Positions 1-9,730 of a DNA stretch of 64,000 nucleotides are shown one piece after another; the first letter of the stretch is position 1; each line of letters begins with the position of its first letter. Made by a program: the position numbers and the translations under genes. Where the stretch lies: IMG/VR virus record IMGVR_UViG_3300002098_001673, positions 32,001-96,000 of that record, one strand, 5' to 3'. This DNA is from a virus. Under the pieces are notes generated by a model that saw only the letters and a list, made by a program, of their open reading frames with translations, did not search any database and was not told where the DNA came from.

Positions 1-3000
1 AATAAATGAATCAAAAACTCTTCTATTGTAATTAGAAGGATTACCATATCTTAAAATAATATCATATTCCAAAAATGATTTTATAATGTTGGTATATGTT
101 TCTAATTGATTATTTATCGTATTTTGAAAATATATCTGTTCTGAAACTAATTTATCTTTAGGCGTTATTGTCATTAAATGTCTGAATAGAAGTTGAAAAT
201 TTTTAAACCCACTATTCATATCCACTTGAGAAGCACCAATTGGTTCAAAAGTAATTAACCCCAAATCAATATCAGTTACTGGTTTACTAAAGTTTAAAAA
301 TTCTTGTTCAAATTGGTCTAAAACACTTTTTTCAAAAACAGAAAATATTTCTTCTATTTTTGAATACGTATGAAAAGGTAATAAAGACATTGGTGTTTGT
401 TCTGTTGTTGTAGGGTTAATAAAATTCAAATAAGAATCTGGTTCCGGTTTAACTGTTTGGTCATTATCAAAATATCCATAGTTTGGAGAGCCCCATAATA
501 ATCTAACAGAACCATTATACATTGAGGAATTATTAGTTAAATCAACAACAGTTTTATTGCCAATAAAACATTCTGACTTTGTCTGATTAAAAGTCACTCC
601 AAAAGAAGGAATAACAAAATAATTTTCTTCTTTTGTGTTATCTTTAGGCGCACATTCAGTACCACCTAATAAATCATCAATTCTATCAGGTAATAAAACA
701 GACCATGTTTTCAAATTTAATGCTTTAAATCCTTGGAAACCATTAATATTAGAATTTTGAAAATTAAATATTTTTAATCCGTTATTAACACTTTGTTGTA
801 TTTCATAACTCGTATATCCACTATATAAATCATATCCATTATAAAATACATTAAAATCATTAATCACTTTAGGATAAAATCCAGGTTGTAATTTTATTGT
901 TGCGCGACCTTCATCTATTTGAACTTCTTCTTGTAAAACAATATTTGTTTCATTAACTTCTCCTGTATTTGTAAAAGTATATTCTTTACCTACAAAATTT
1001 GTTATTGGGTCATAATTTTCAGTATAATTAAAATTATTCCAAATACCATCTAAAATATCAACACCTGATTCTTTATATTTTTTATATCTATGCCATATAG
1101 AACCAAATTTTAAAACCCAAGCATACGGCATTTTATGTATTGCTCCAAATTTTTTCAAACAAGATGAAATATAATCTAAATTTTCATTATTGATTGATTG
1201 ATATCTTTCTCTTAAGGACGCTAATGGTAATGAGTTTAAAAAAAGATACGCCGCTTGTGTATATGGATATTTATCTTTTTTTCTTACATTATATACTCCA
1301 TTTTGAATTGCGTTTATAAAATAAGGGGTATTTAATATTGATGTTGTTTTTTTATCTGTATTAAAAATTGTCGGTATTTGATTACCAGTATTTTTACTTG
1401 GAGACACAAAATAACAATATCCCTCACTTGGGATAAAGTCTTTTGGTTTTCTATTAAAATAGAATAAATTTAAATCCTCAGAATTTACTACTGATGGTAT
1501 ACTAACATTTAAATATGAAAAATTAGTAACTGGTCTATTAACCGTATAATCATAAACATTATTAAAATTAGCAATTATATTCCTATCCTGAAAAACAGTT
1601 AAAACTTTATTTGTATTATACACATATTGATTTTGGTTCTTAGAACTCAAATTCATATTTTTGGTAACCCATTCATTATTTGTAAATGGATAAGTATCAA
1701 CAATCAAAAGATTATTAGATGCGTTTTTTAATAATTGAGTCAGTGCTGGTGATTGTGGACTATTTTGTGGCGTTTTACCTAAATCAGTAACATTTAAAAT
1801 ACTAAAAGAATTTTCAGTAATACCTTTAATATATGGTGTTACAAAAAAATCTCTTATAAAATCTTGATACGCTCTTCCTGTTCCTTGGTTTGATATATCT
1901 TTTAAAAAAGATTGATAATCATTAGAATTATAATTAAAGTTTTTTAATTTTAATGCTAAATATGGAGAACTAACTCCTAAACTTGTAACAATATTATTTG
2001 TTTCTGTTTCAATGTTTAAAGTAATTAAATCACTAATTTGATTTTTATTCGCTCTTATCAATCCAGAATAATGTGACGTGAGTAATTGTCTTTCCCAAAT
2101 CTCATAAAAAAATTTAATTTCTTCTTTATTCTGATAAGCAATTCCTGTTTGAGGAAATTCAATAGCATTTATATTAATTAAATTTGTTAATGTATTAGAA
2201 TCTGTTGTAGGTTGTGATGTTGGATTATCAACTTTTTTAATAAGTCCTTTCATAAACTCTTCAACAAATTCAACTTCAGGCCAAACATAAAATAAATTAC
2301 CTTTAGTTATATTTACCACGGATGGGTCCGCAATATATTTTAATTGAAATCTTCCATTTTTATCTTCGGGCGTTTCAACAAAAAATTGAGGCCAAGGGTA
2401 AACAGGTATTTGTGATGTTGATAATCCTTGGTTTTCTTGTTGAGCATTATTAGAAATAGATACTTTATCTCTTGTTTCAGTACTAGGTGCTGAAGAAGGA
2501 TTATCAAGAATTGCCAATCTTCTTATTGGGTCATACTTCATATTCCAAGCATTTGTATGTACGTCATCTAACAAACGTATAAACGCTTCTGCTGATGCCA
2601 TAATAACACCAATTATATTTCTAATTGTTGGTTTAAATCCAATTCCAGTTGCAGAATCTTCAATTTTTTTTGCCAACTGTTCGGTTAATAAATTCTCATA
2701 TTCAGATAGCTTTTTATTTGCTTCAGCATCTATTCTTGAAATAGTTTTATCGAATCTTTGTTCTCCATCAAACACATAAAAACTAGGTGGAACAATTGTT
2801 TTTGGTAATGAAACATTTGAGATTCCAATATTCATAGTTTCAGTATCAAAAGTTAATTTAAATAAATCTTTATATTTTTCTATTACTTTTCTAGTATTTT
2901 CATACGTTGGTGATATAATTCCTGTTTGTTGCTTAGTTGTTTCTTCCCAATTTATTAAATTAAAATTAACATCTTTTTTAATCATTTTATAACTGATATC

Positions 3001-4335
3001 ATATTTAATTTCAGTTTTTGATTTATTACCTAATGTTTCATTATTTTTTAGAAGTTCATTATACCTATTAATAATTTCTTCTAATTTTCCTTCAGCAGCA
3101 TTTTTTGCTGCAGCATCAAGATTTTCTTTAAAAGTATATACTAAAGATTTGTCGTTTAAAACAATAGGTCTTGGGTTTAAAAATGTGTTAAACCATGAAT
3201 TTTGAGAACCTCTTACTTCATCAAAATAATTTTTTAAATTTTCTTTATATGTTCTAATATTTGTTAAAGGTTCTAAATCTGCCTTGGTATATGCGTTAGA
3301 AACTGTTTGTTCAAACAAATCTAATTTATTTGATAATTGAATTAATGTTAATTCAGGAAAATTTGGTGCAAGTAATCCTTTCGATTTATACTCACTATAA
3401 ACTTCAACAATTTTTTGATATCCTTTTTCAGTTAATAACTGTTCAACAATATTATTTTTACTATTTGTTAATTCTAATTTGTTTTGTCCTGATTGTCTTG
3501 TTTGTCCTTCTATGGTTGAATTAGTTGTAGATACGTCAGTCGTTGATTTTATAATGTCAAATCTTTGACTATACATATGTGGTGTAGCAACTAAATTACC
3601 AATTGAAATTTCATTTAAAATGTTAAATTTAAATCCATGAAAATTTAAAGTAACTTGATAGTTTCCACTAAATGAGTTGAATCTAGCATTAAATGTTTCA
3701 AGATTTAATTGATATCTAATAGCTTGTCCATAATACCCCTTTAAAGTTAAATAGAATGGACAAAATGGCATATTAAAAAATGCTGCATACGGTGAATTAT
3801 TTCCAAGTTGGAATAACGCTTTACCTTGTACATCTTCAAGTTCAATGGTTACTGATGGTATAAAAGATGTGTTTGTATTCACAGTTATGCTTTTAATACC
3901 TAATAATCCATTATCAATCACATTTTGTGGGTCTACAACTGTATTTTCTATATATGGTTTACTACCATTTTTAGGATAAATTGTTTGAGATTCAGGTTGA
4001 TTTTGTCCATTTTTATCTACAGTATTTTTTCCAGTTAATTCATCATAATATCCATCATTTAAATACCCATTTTTTGATGGTTTTAAAAAATTTATTTTAG
4101 CAATAGATAATGTTCTTGTCCTATCATCAGGACTACCTCCAATAGCCAATTTAGTTCTTGGAACTATTTCAGCCTCAAGATTAGCATACATTACCAAATT
4201 TTCATGGTCGACTAATCTTTCAGATACTTTTCCAAAAACATCAATTGTTTTATTTGGGTCGACTACAATAATATTATTGTAATCAAATTCGACAAGAATG
4301 TCTCCATTGTTATCCGATGTATATTTACCTGCCAT
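1..4335 (-). CDS. Very large baseplate hub/tail-associated structural protein (>=1445 aa, runs off window start; absent from ORF track)
   Basis: ATG at 4335 (MAGKYTSDNNGDILVEFDYNN...). Frame spot-checked open at 3541, 2581, 1261 and 1. N-terminal LLGIKSITVNTNTSFIPSVTIELEDVQG...FYLTLKGYYG resembles hub (gp27-like) beta-strands; follows the LysM/gp53-like gene. Confidence 0.7.
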   Translation of the reverse strand, partial: MAGKYTSDNNGDILVEFDYNNIIVVDPNKTIDVFGKVSERLVDHENLVMYANLEAEIVPRTKLAIGGSPDDRTRTLSIAKINFLKPSKNGYLNDGYYDELTGKNTVDKNGQNQPESQTIYPKNGSKPYIENTVVDPQNVIDNGLLGIKSITVNTNTSFIPSVTIELEDVQGKALFQLGNNSPYAAFFNMPFCPFYLTLKGYYGQAIRYQLNLETFNARFNSFSGNYQVTLNFHGFKFNILNEISIGNLVATPHMYSQRFDIIKSTTDVSTTNSTIEGQTRQSGQNKLELTNSKNNIVEQLLTEKGYQKIVEVYSEYKSKGLLAPNFPELTLIQLSNKLDLFEQTVSNAYTKADLEPLTNIRTYKENLKNYFDEVRGSQNSWFNTFLNPRPIVLNDKSLVYTFKENLDAAAKNAAEGKLEEIINRYNELLKNNETLGNKSKTEIKYDISYKMIKKDVNFNLINWEETTKQQTGIISPTYENTRKVIEKYKDLFKLTFDTETMNIGISNVSLPKTIVPPSFYVFDGEQRFDKTISRIDAEANKKLSEYENLLTEQLAKKIEDSATGIGFKPTIRNIIGVIMASAEAFIRLLDDVHTNAWNMKYDPIRRLAILDNPSSAPSTETRDKVSISNNAQQENQGLSTSQIPVYPWPQFFVETPEDKNGRFQLKYIADPSVVNITKGNLFYVWPEVEFVEEFMKGLIKKVDNPTSQPTTDSNTLTNLININAIEFPQTGIAYQNKEEIKFFYEIWERQLLTSHYSGLIRANKNQISDLITLNIETETNNIVTSLGVSSPYLALKLKNFNYNSNDYQSFLKDISNQGTGRAYQDFIRDFFVTPYIKGITENSFSILNVTDLGKTPQNSPQSPALTQLLKNASNNLLIVDTYPFTNNEWVTKNMNLSSKNQNQYVYNTNKVLTVFQDRNIIANFNNVYDYTVNRPVTNFSYLNVSIPSVVNSEDLNLFYFNRKPKDFIPSEGYCYFVSPSKNTGNQIPTIFNTDKKTTSILNTPYFINAIQNGVYNVRKKDKYPYTQAAYLFLNSLPLASLRERYQSINNENLDYISSCLKKFGAIHKMPYAWVLKFGSIWHRYKKYKESGVDILDGIWNNFNYTENYDPITNFVGKEYTFTNTGEVNETNIVLQEEVQIDEGRATIKLQPGFYPKVINDFNVFYNGYDLYSGYTSYEIQQSVNNGLKIFNFQNSNINGFQGFKALNLKTWSVLLPDRIDDLLGGTECAPKDNTKEENYFVIPSFGVTFNQTKSECFIGNKTVVDLTNNSSMYNGSVRLLWGSPNYGYFDNDQTVKPEPDSYLNFINPTTTEQTPMSLLPFHTYSKIEEIFSVFEKSVLDQFEQEFLNFSKPVTDIDLGLITFEPIGASQVDMNSGFKNFQLLFRHLMTITPKDKLVSEQIYFQNTINNQLETYTNIIKSFLEYDIILRYGNPSNYNRRVFDSFI

Positions 4336-4648
4336 AATAATAAAAATGATTTTCTAATGCTGCTTTATAATCTTGTAAAGATGGTATTAAAGGAAAAGGT
4401 ATTATTAATACCGCACCATCATATATATAATTTTCCAATCCCCCAAATTGGGGATTTGCTTGCAAAATTAACCATCCAAAATAAGGTGAGTTATAATATT
4501 CTTGAGAAACTTTATCTAATCTACTTTGAGCAACTTTATATATATAAGCCTTATCTGTCGTTTTTTGAGGCAAATAAACAAAAGGAACTACAGTTTGTTC
4601 TCCATTTATTAAAAATTCTGAATATCTGTTATAATAAGGAAATGCCAT
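4325..4648 (-). CDS. LysM-like baseplate wedge / tail protein X (T4 gp53-like)
   Basis: RLDKVSQEYYNSPYFGWLILQANP...GAVLIIP pattern; 107 aa; position in tail module. Confidence 0.75.
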   Translation of the reverse strand: MAFPYYNRYSEFLINGEQTVVPFVYLPQKTTDKAYIYKVAQSRLDKVSQEYYNSPYFGWLILQANPQFGGLENYIYDGAVLIIPFPLIPSLQDYKAALENHFYYYGR

Positions 4649-7600
4649 TAGTTTAATTTTATTTTAGAAATATATACATTCGTATTATTTAAAGTATTCC
4701 ATTTTTTATTATTAGTATTTTGATTTCCAGTTTGTGTTGAATTATTTAAACTAATAATTAATTCTTTTTGTTCACTCTTTGGATTATTCATTACTTTATA
4801 AGTAAACATTCTTTTTTTATTTTTTGGAAACGGTGTATACACAACAAAATCTTTAAAAATTCCTTTTTCAAGACTATTTAAAAATTCTGTAGTAATATTA
4901 TTTTCTTCTTCAAATTTAGGTTTTGCAATACTCATCCAATAAAAAGAAAATTCTTTATCCACATCAACATTTCCATTACCAAGTATAGATGAATTATTTA
5001 CAATATCACCAATAATTGCAGTTTTGAATGTTTGAAAATTTTTATCATCAATAATATCATTTGATAAAATCATATACATTCGTCTAAAAGTTTTATTATT
5101 AAACTCATCTAATTCACTAAATGGATTAAAAACTTCTTTTAGCAAAGTTTTCGAACTTGTTTTATCACTTTCACCATTTGCCCCATATAGTAAATAACCA
5201 ATATAATCTTTTGATTTGTATTTAAATAAAATTTGATTTTGAGCAAACTGATAATACCCAATCAACCCATCACCAATTTTTTTAATGTCTTGGTTTAATT
5301 CATCTAATGTTGTTCCATCACTTCCTTGATAAACATCAGTTGTCCCACTAATGTTATATATTACGGCATTACCATTTAATTGTTGTAATCCATCAGTACC
5401 CTCTGTTGGTGTTGGTGGATATAATAATACGTTCGCTTTACTAAGATATTGGATATAATTTTGTTGTGCAATTGTAAATTCTTGAGTTATTTTTGTTATA
5501 TCAGTTTGGTATCTTGATTTTTTATTTTTAATAAAATTACCATAATTATGTTTTAATTGTCTAATAACTTTTTCAGAAAATCCAAGTTTTTTTTGTGACA
5601 TATATTGTATAAATCTATCTTGTTCTTCTTCATTATTTGTTTTAATATTAGACATTAAATCATCAAATACTTTATCTATTCTATAAACTAATCCATTTTT
5701 TTTACTATCTAAATTTGGTTTTCCAATTAATGGTACATTAACTGTTGTATTTGATAATAAATTTCCATCAACATATAATCTTTCAGCGGTCCAGTTTTGA
5801 AGCAACGCATTATTATATTGTTTAAGAGATTCTTTACTCTTATTAATAAAATTAATAAAATAATTTTGAGATGCTTCTGAAAAACTATCCATAAATGTTT
5901 GATATGATATTGTTCCTATCGTATCACCACTTACATTTTTTACAGTCGATATTATTGTACCAATAGTATCATTATTTGATTGTCCATTATTGTTTTGAAC
6001 TTGATTTGTTGTTGGTGGATTAGTTTTTGTATAATTTAAAAAATCTTTATCTATTATTTTTAAGCTGTCATCAGTTACATCTGCTCTATCATCATACATT
6101 TCAGTATTTGCGTAATAGTTAAACGTTAAAGCGTTTTGAAGTTTATCTACGGCAGTTTTCAATCCACTACCTCCAACAAAACTAAATCCTAATGTAATAT
6201 TAGCAATCATTGGTTGTATCCCAATTCCTTCAGGATTCAAATCTAAATTTTCATAAGTAATACTTAAATTTGATGGAATAATTTTAGTATTATAAAAATC
6301 CCCAATTCTTAATACTAAAACAGGTGGAGCACCAAATGCAGTATTTGTCGCATCATTGTATTGTAATTCTGGTTTACCATCAGGCGAATTTTGTTTTATT
6401 GTTGGTATTGTATCTCCAGGTCTCATACATTGTTGTAAAAAAGTAAGTCTAGAATTTAATCCTTCAGGTGTCGTAGAATGAAAAGCTGGTTGAAAATATT
6501 TTAATTTTTCTTTTAAGTTATCATAAACCATAGGTGTATCTTGTTTTATTGTTTCAAAATAATCACATTCTGACAATAAAGCTCTTAACACTTTTTTTGT
6601 TATATTATCACTAGGTTTAGGATTTTGTTCTAAACTTTGTGGTTTTGTTGTTGATGGAGTTATTGTTCCAACTAAAACATCTGGTGGTTTTTGTTGTGTA
6701 ACATTTACAGGTTGAGCTGGCGGTGGTTGATTTAGGTTTGGAATTATACTTGATATATAAGCCCTTCTACACGCCATAGCATTTGTCGAATAAATCTTCG
6801 TGGTAAGAGTTTGGCTATCTGATGGGTTATCACCATCAGTACAACTAACTTTTTGTCCTGATAATTTACCAGTTTCTTTATTATATATTGATACTTCAGA
6901 ATTTTCTCCCAAAGCCTGCCCTTTTTTAATTAATAATCTTTGTGTCTGAACAAAATTTTGAATACGAGTGTCTGATGTAAAAAATATAATGGCAGAATCA
7001 ATTCTTTTTTCAGATAATTTTAGATTATATGCGTTTGATGCTGGAGCAGAAGTCATTCCGTCAATAATTATTGTTACAGTTCCTGTACTATTAGTTAATT
7101 GTTTTTGTAATTCATTTATTAACTCATTTAAATTATCATAATTAGATGTTACAACACTATTAAAAAATGATGATGTTTGTTCTGCAGTACTTGGTGATTG
7201 TTCTTGATAATATTTTTTATTTGAATCTGAAGTATACCTTGTATATTCAGTGTTATAATTAACTCCAAAAGTTTTCGGATAGTCATTACCAAAATAAAAC
7301 CCTAAATTATTAAAACTTTTTAAGTCTACTTTTGTAGTAGAATTAGCACTATTACTTGAACTAATAGATTGGTTTACTTGATTATCAACTGGTTTATCTC
7401 CAGATTGTGCTGTTTCAATTGAATATTGAATTTGTTCTTTTGTTTCTTTTTTTGAAGAAATCGCTTCTTGTAGTAATTGTAAATCGTTTGGTGGTATTGT
7501 ATAATATTTTTTAGCTAATTCATATAAATCATATTTTAAACATCCAGCAAAGAAAGATTCTAACATTTGGTCTATTCTTGCTTTATTTGTTTCATTTGTT

Positions 7601-9705
7601 AATATTTTATTCACAATAACATTTAAAACTGATGGATGGTCAACAACAACTTTCCATTGTAAACTACCACCTCTACTTGTATTTTTATATGTGTATACAG
7701 GTTCTGGCCTTCCAATAAAATCAGTTGTAACCCAATTTGCCTGAACATTTTCACTAAAAACTAATCCATAGGGAGGAAACCACATTACTCTACCTCCGTT
7801 TGGACCTCTTTCACATATTGCTAAATCAGATACAGTATATCCTGGTGCTCCACCTGTTCTCCACGCTAAATTTTCCAAAGAAAACATATATTTTTTAGCG
7901 TAAGCTTGATTTGTATTTCCAATTAAATTACTTGAATCTTGTCCACCTTCTTGTTTATTTGGAGCAATATTAAGATTATATGTTTTATCTAAAACAGAAT
8001 AACTGAATTTTCTACCTTCAGTTGTCATGCCATCTGTTTTCTGTAAATTATTATATTGAAGATATGGTATATCTTTAGCAAAAACTCTACAATATTCTGT
8101 ACCAACCTCATTCCCTATCGAACCAACGTAACTTAATACTCTTGAACCTTTTGTTAATTCTTTATATCCATCATTAAATACTTTACTAACTTGGTCAATA
8201 GCGTTACCTACGTGTTGTAACCTTCTTCCTCCGCTTGGTTGACTATCAATAATCCTTTGAGTATCGTCAAGTATTGAACCTTCTCTAAATGTTCTGTTTG
8301 TAGATTCTGTCGAATCATACGATGACGTCTTATAATTTAAAGCTTGGTTTGTGACCTCTCCACCAATACCAACTTTTTTACCGGCATTACCTTTATACTT
8401 TGGAGATACCCATGTAAATCCTCCTTCCACTCCACCCCCATCACTATATGTAGGTCCGTTAGCGCCCAATTTTACATCTTGACTTGGTCCTTCATATAAT
8501 TGAGCCAATTCTTGTGGACCATAAACAGGAGACTGTACTTCTTGTCCATATTCATTAACAGGTAAATCACCACCAGGTGAAAATACTCTTGATGGGTCGG
8601 ATGTTTTTGAACCAACATAAAAATCACTATTGTTAGTTGTTGACCCTACAATAACACCTGCAACCCTATCAAATAAAGTTCTATCATAATCAGGTTTAAA
8701 TTTATTATAATCTAAATTACCAAATAATCTTGATTTTTGACCTCCTCCTGTATTATTTAAAAATAATTGTGAACCTGTTTTATCTCCACCTAATAATCTA
8801 TTAAAAAATTTACCAACACCATTATTTGATTGTCTAAAAGCGTTTTGTAATTGTTGTATCGTTGTTGGTTGTCCAGAATTAATACTTGAATCAAAATATG
8901 AACCAGGTATTGTTGATACTGGTAATATACTTCCAGCCAATCTTAAGGCATAAGTAGTTGCAGCTAAAACAGGGTTAGCAGGCATTGTAATTGTATAATC
9001 AGGTTCTATAAGTGGAACCCTACCTGTAATTAAATTTAATACATCAGTACCACTCCTAACATTAAAAATATTAGCTCTTCCTGTAGTATTTTTTACTACT
9101 TCCCTATTAATATTATTTTCAAAAGCTTCTTTTAATTTTACCGCACCTAATCTAGCCAAAAAAGAATCTTGGCTTAATAAACCATTACTACCTAAAGGGT
9201 CTTTACTTAATAAAATAGATACAGGAGAATATGATGAATTAATTAAAGATGCTGGATATGGTTGACTATTTGGTGTTCTATCTTGGTCAGGTCTTACCGT
9301 TTCAAAAGATGCAATAGCATTTGCTGCATCAAAAATTTGTGTCGTATCGGCATAAGCGTTTAATGGTCTCCAATTTCTTGGAGCGTCGTATCCCTCATCA
9401 ATTATATGCGCATCTTGAAATCCATATTCACCTTCGTTAGATTTATTATTTAATAAGGAACTTGGGTCAGGAACTTGTTTATATCCACCCTCATTACCAT
9501 ATTGATTTAATGGGAATAATTTATTTGCAAAGGATGGTACGTCAATAAGTTGGTCTGGACTATCTACAACAGATAAATCTGATTGAATTACTTCGTAATC
9601 AATCGGAGGGTCAGTTTTACTAGGGGATTTAGCATAAGGGACTAAGTTTCTAGTTATTAATTTTTTTCTAAACCCCGCAGAATCTATTAGTAATGGACTT
9701 GGCAT
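4648..9705 (-). CDS. 1685-aa baseplate/tube-initiator-like protein with an internal OmpA-like domain
   Basis: Tube-fold-like segments (IGRPEPVYTYKNTSR; FGAPPVLVLRIGDFYNTKIIPSNLSITY) flank an OmpA-C-like segment (FYFGND...IIIDGMTSAPASNAYNLKLSEKR...ALGE...CRRAYI). Confidence 0.65.
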   Translation of the reverse strand: MPSPLLIDSAGFRKKLITRNLVPYAKSPSKTDPPIDYEVIQSDLSVVDSPDQLIDVPSFANKLFPLNQYGNEGGYKQVPDPSSLLNNKSNEGEYGFQDAHIIDEGYDAPRNWRPLNAYADTTQIFDAANAIASFETVRPDQDRTPNSQPYPASLINSSYSPVSILLSKDPLGSNGLLSQDSFLARLGAVKLKEAFENNINREVVKNTTGRANIFNVRSGTDVLNLITGRVPLIEPDYTITMPANPVLAATTYALRLAGSILPVSTIPGSYFDSSINSGQPTTIQQLQNAFRQSNNGVGKFFNRLLGGDKTGSQLFLNNTGGGQKSRLFGNLDYNKFKPDYDRTLFDRVAGVIVGSTTNNSDFYVGSKTSDPSRVFSPGGDLPVNEYGQEVQSPVYGPQELAQLYEGPSQDVKLGANGPTYSDGGGVEGGFTWVSPKYKGNAGKKVGIGGEVTNQALNYKTSSYDSTESTNRTFREGSILDDTQRIIDSQPSGGRRLQHVGNAIDQVSKVFNDGYKELTKGSRVLSYVGSIGNEVGTEYCRVFAKDIPYLQYNNLQKTDGMTTEGRKFSYSVLDKTYNLNIAPNKQEGGQDSSNLIGNTNQAYAKKYMFSLENLAWRTGGAPGYTVSDLAICERGPNGGRVMWFPPYGLVFSENVQANWVTTDFIGRPEPVYTYKNTSRGGSLQWKVVVDHPSVLNVIVNKILTNETNKARIDQMLESFFAGCLKYDLYELAKKYYTIPPNDLQLLQEAISSKKETKEQIQYSIETAQSGDKPVDNQVNQSISSSNSANSTTKVDLKSFNNLGFYFGNDYPKTFGVNYNTEYTRYTSDSNKKYYQEQSPSTAEQTSSFFNSVVTSNYDNLNELINELQKQLTNSTGTVTIIIDGMTSAPASNAYNLKLSEKRIDSAIIFFTSDTRIQNFVQTQRLLIKKGQALGENSEVSIYNKETGKLSGQKVSCTDGDNPSDSQTLTTKIYSTNAMACRRAYISSIIPNLNQPPPAQPVNVTQQKPPDVLVGTITPSTTKPQSLEQNPKPSDNITKKVLRALLSECDYFETIKQDTPMVYDNLKEKLKYFQPAFHSTTPEGLNSRLTFLQQCMRPGDTIPTIKQNSPDGKPELQYNDATNTAFGAPPVLVLRIGDFYNTKIIPSNLSITYENLDLNPEGIGIQPMIANITLGFSFVGGSGLKTAVDKLQNALTFNYYANTEMYDDRADVTDDSLKIIDKDFLNYTKTNPPTTNQVQNNNGQSNNDTIGTIISTVKNVSGDTIGTISYQTFMDSFSEASQNYFINFINKSKESLKQYNNALLQNWTAERLYVDGNLLSNTTVNVPLIGKPNLDSKKNGLVYRIDKVFDDLMSNIKTNNEEEQDRFIQYMSQKKLGFSEKVIRQLKHNYGNFIKNKKSRYQTDITKITQEFTIAQQNYIQYLSKANVLLYPPTPTEGTDGLQQLNGNAVIYNISGTTDVYQGSDGTTLDELNQDIKKIGDGLIGYYQFAQNQILFKYKSKDYIGYLLYGANGESDKTSSKTLLKEVFNPFSELDEFNNKTFRRMYMILSNDIIDDKNFQTFKTAIIGDIVNNSSILGNGNVDVDKEFSFYWMSIAKPKFEEENNITTEFLNSLEKGIFKDFVVYTPFPKNKKRMFTYKVMNNPKSEQKELIISLNNSTQTGNQNTNNKKWNTLNNTNVYISKIKLN

Positions 9706-9730
9706 CTATAGTTTATTTATGATAAATAGA

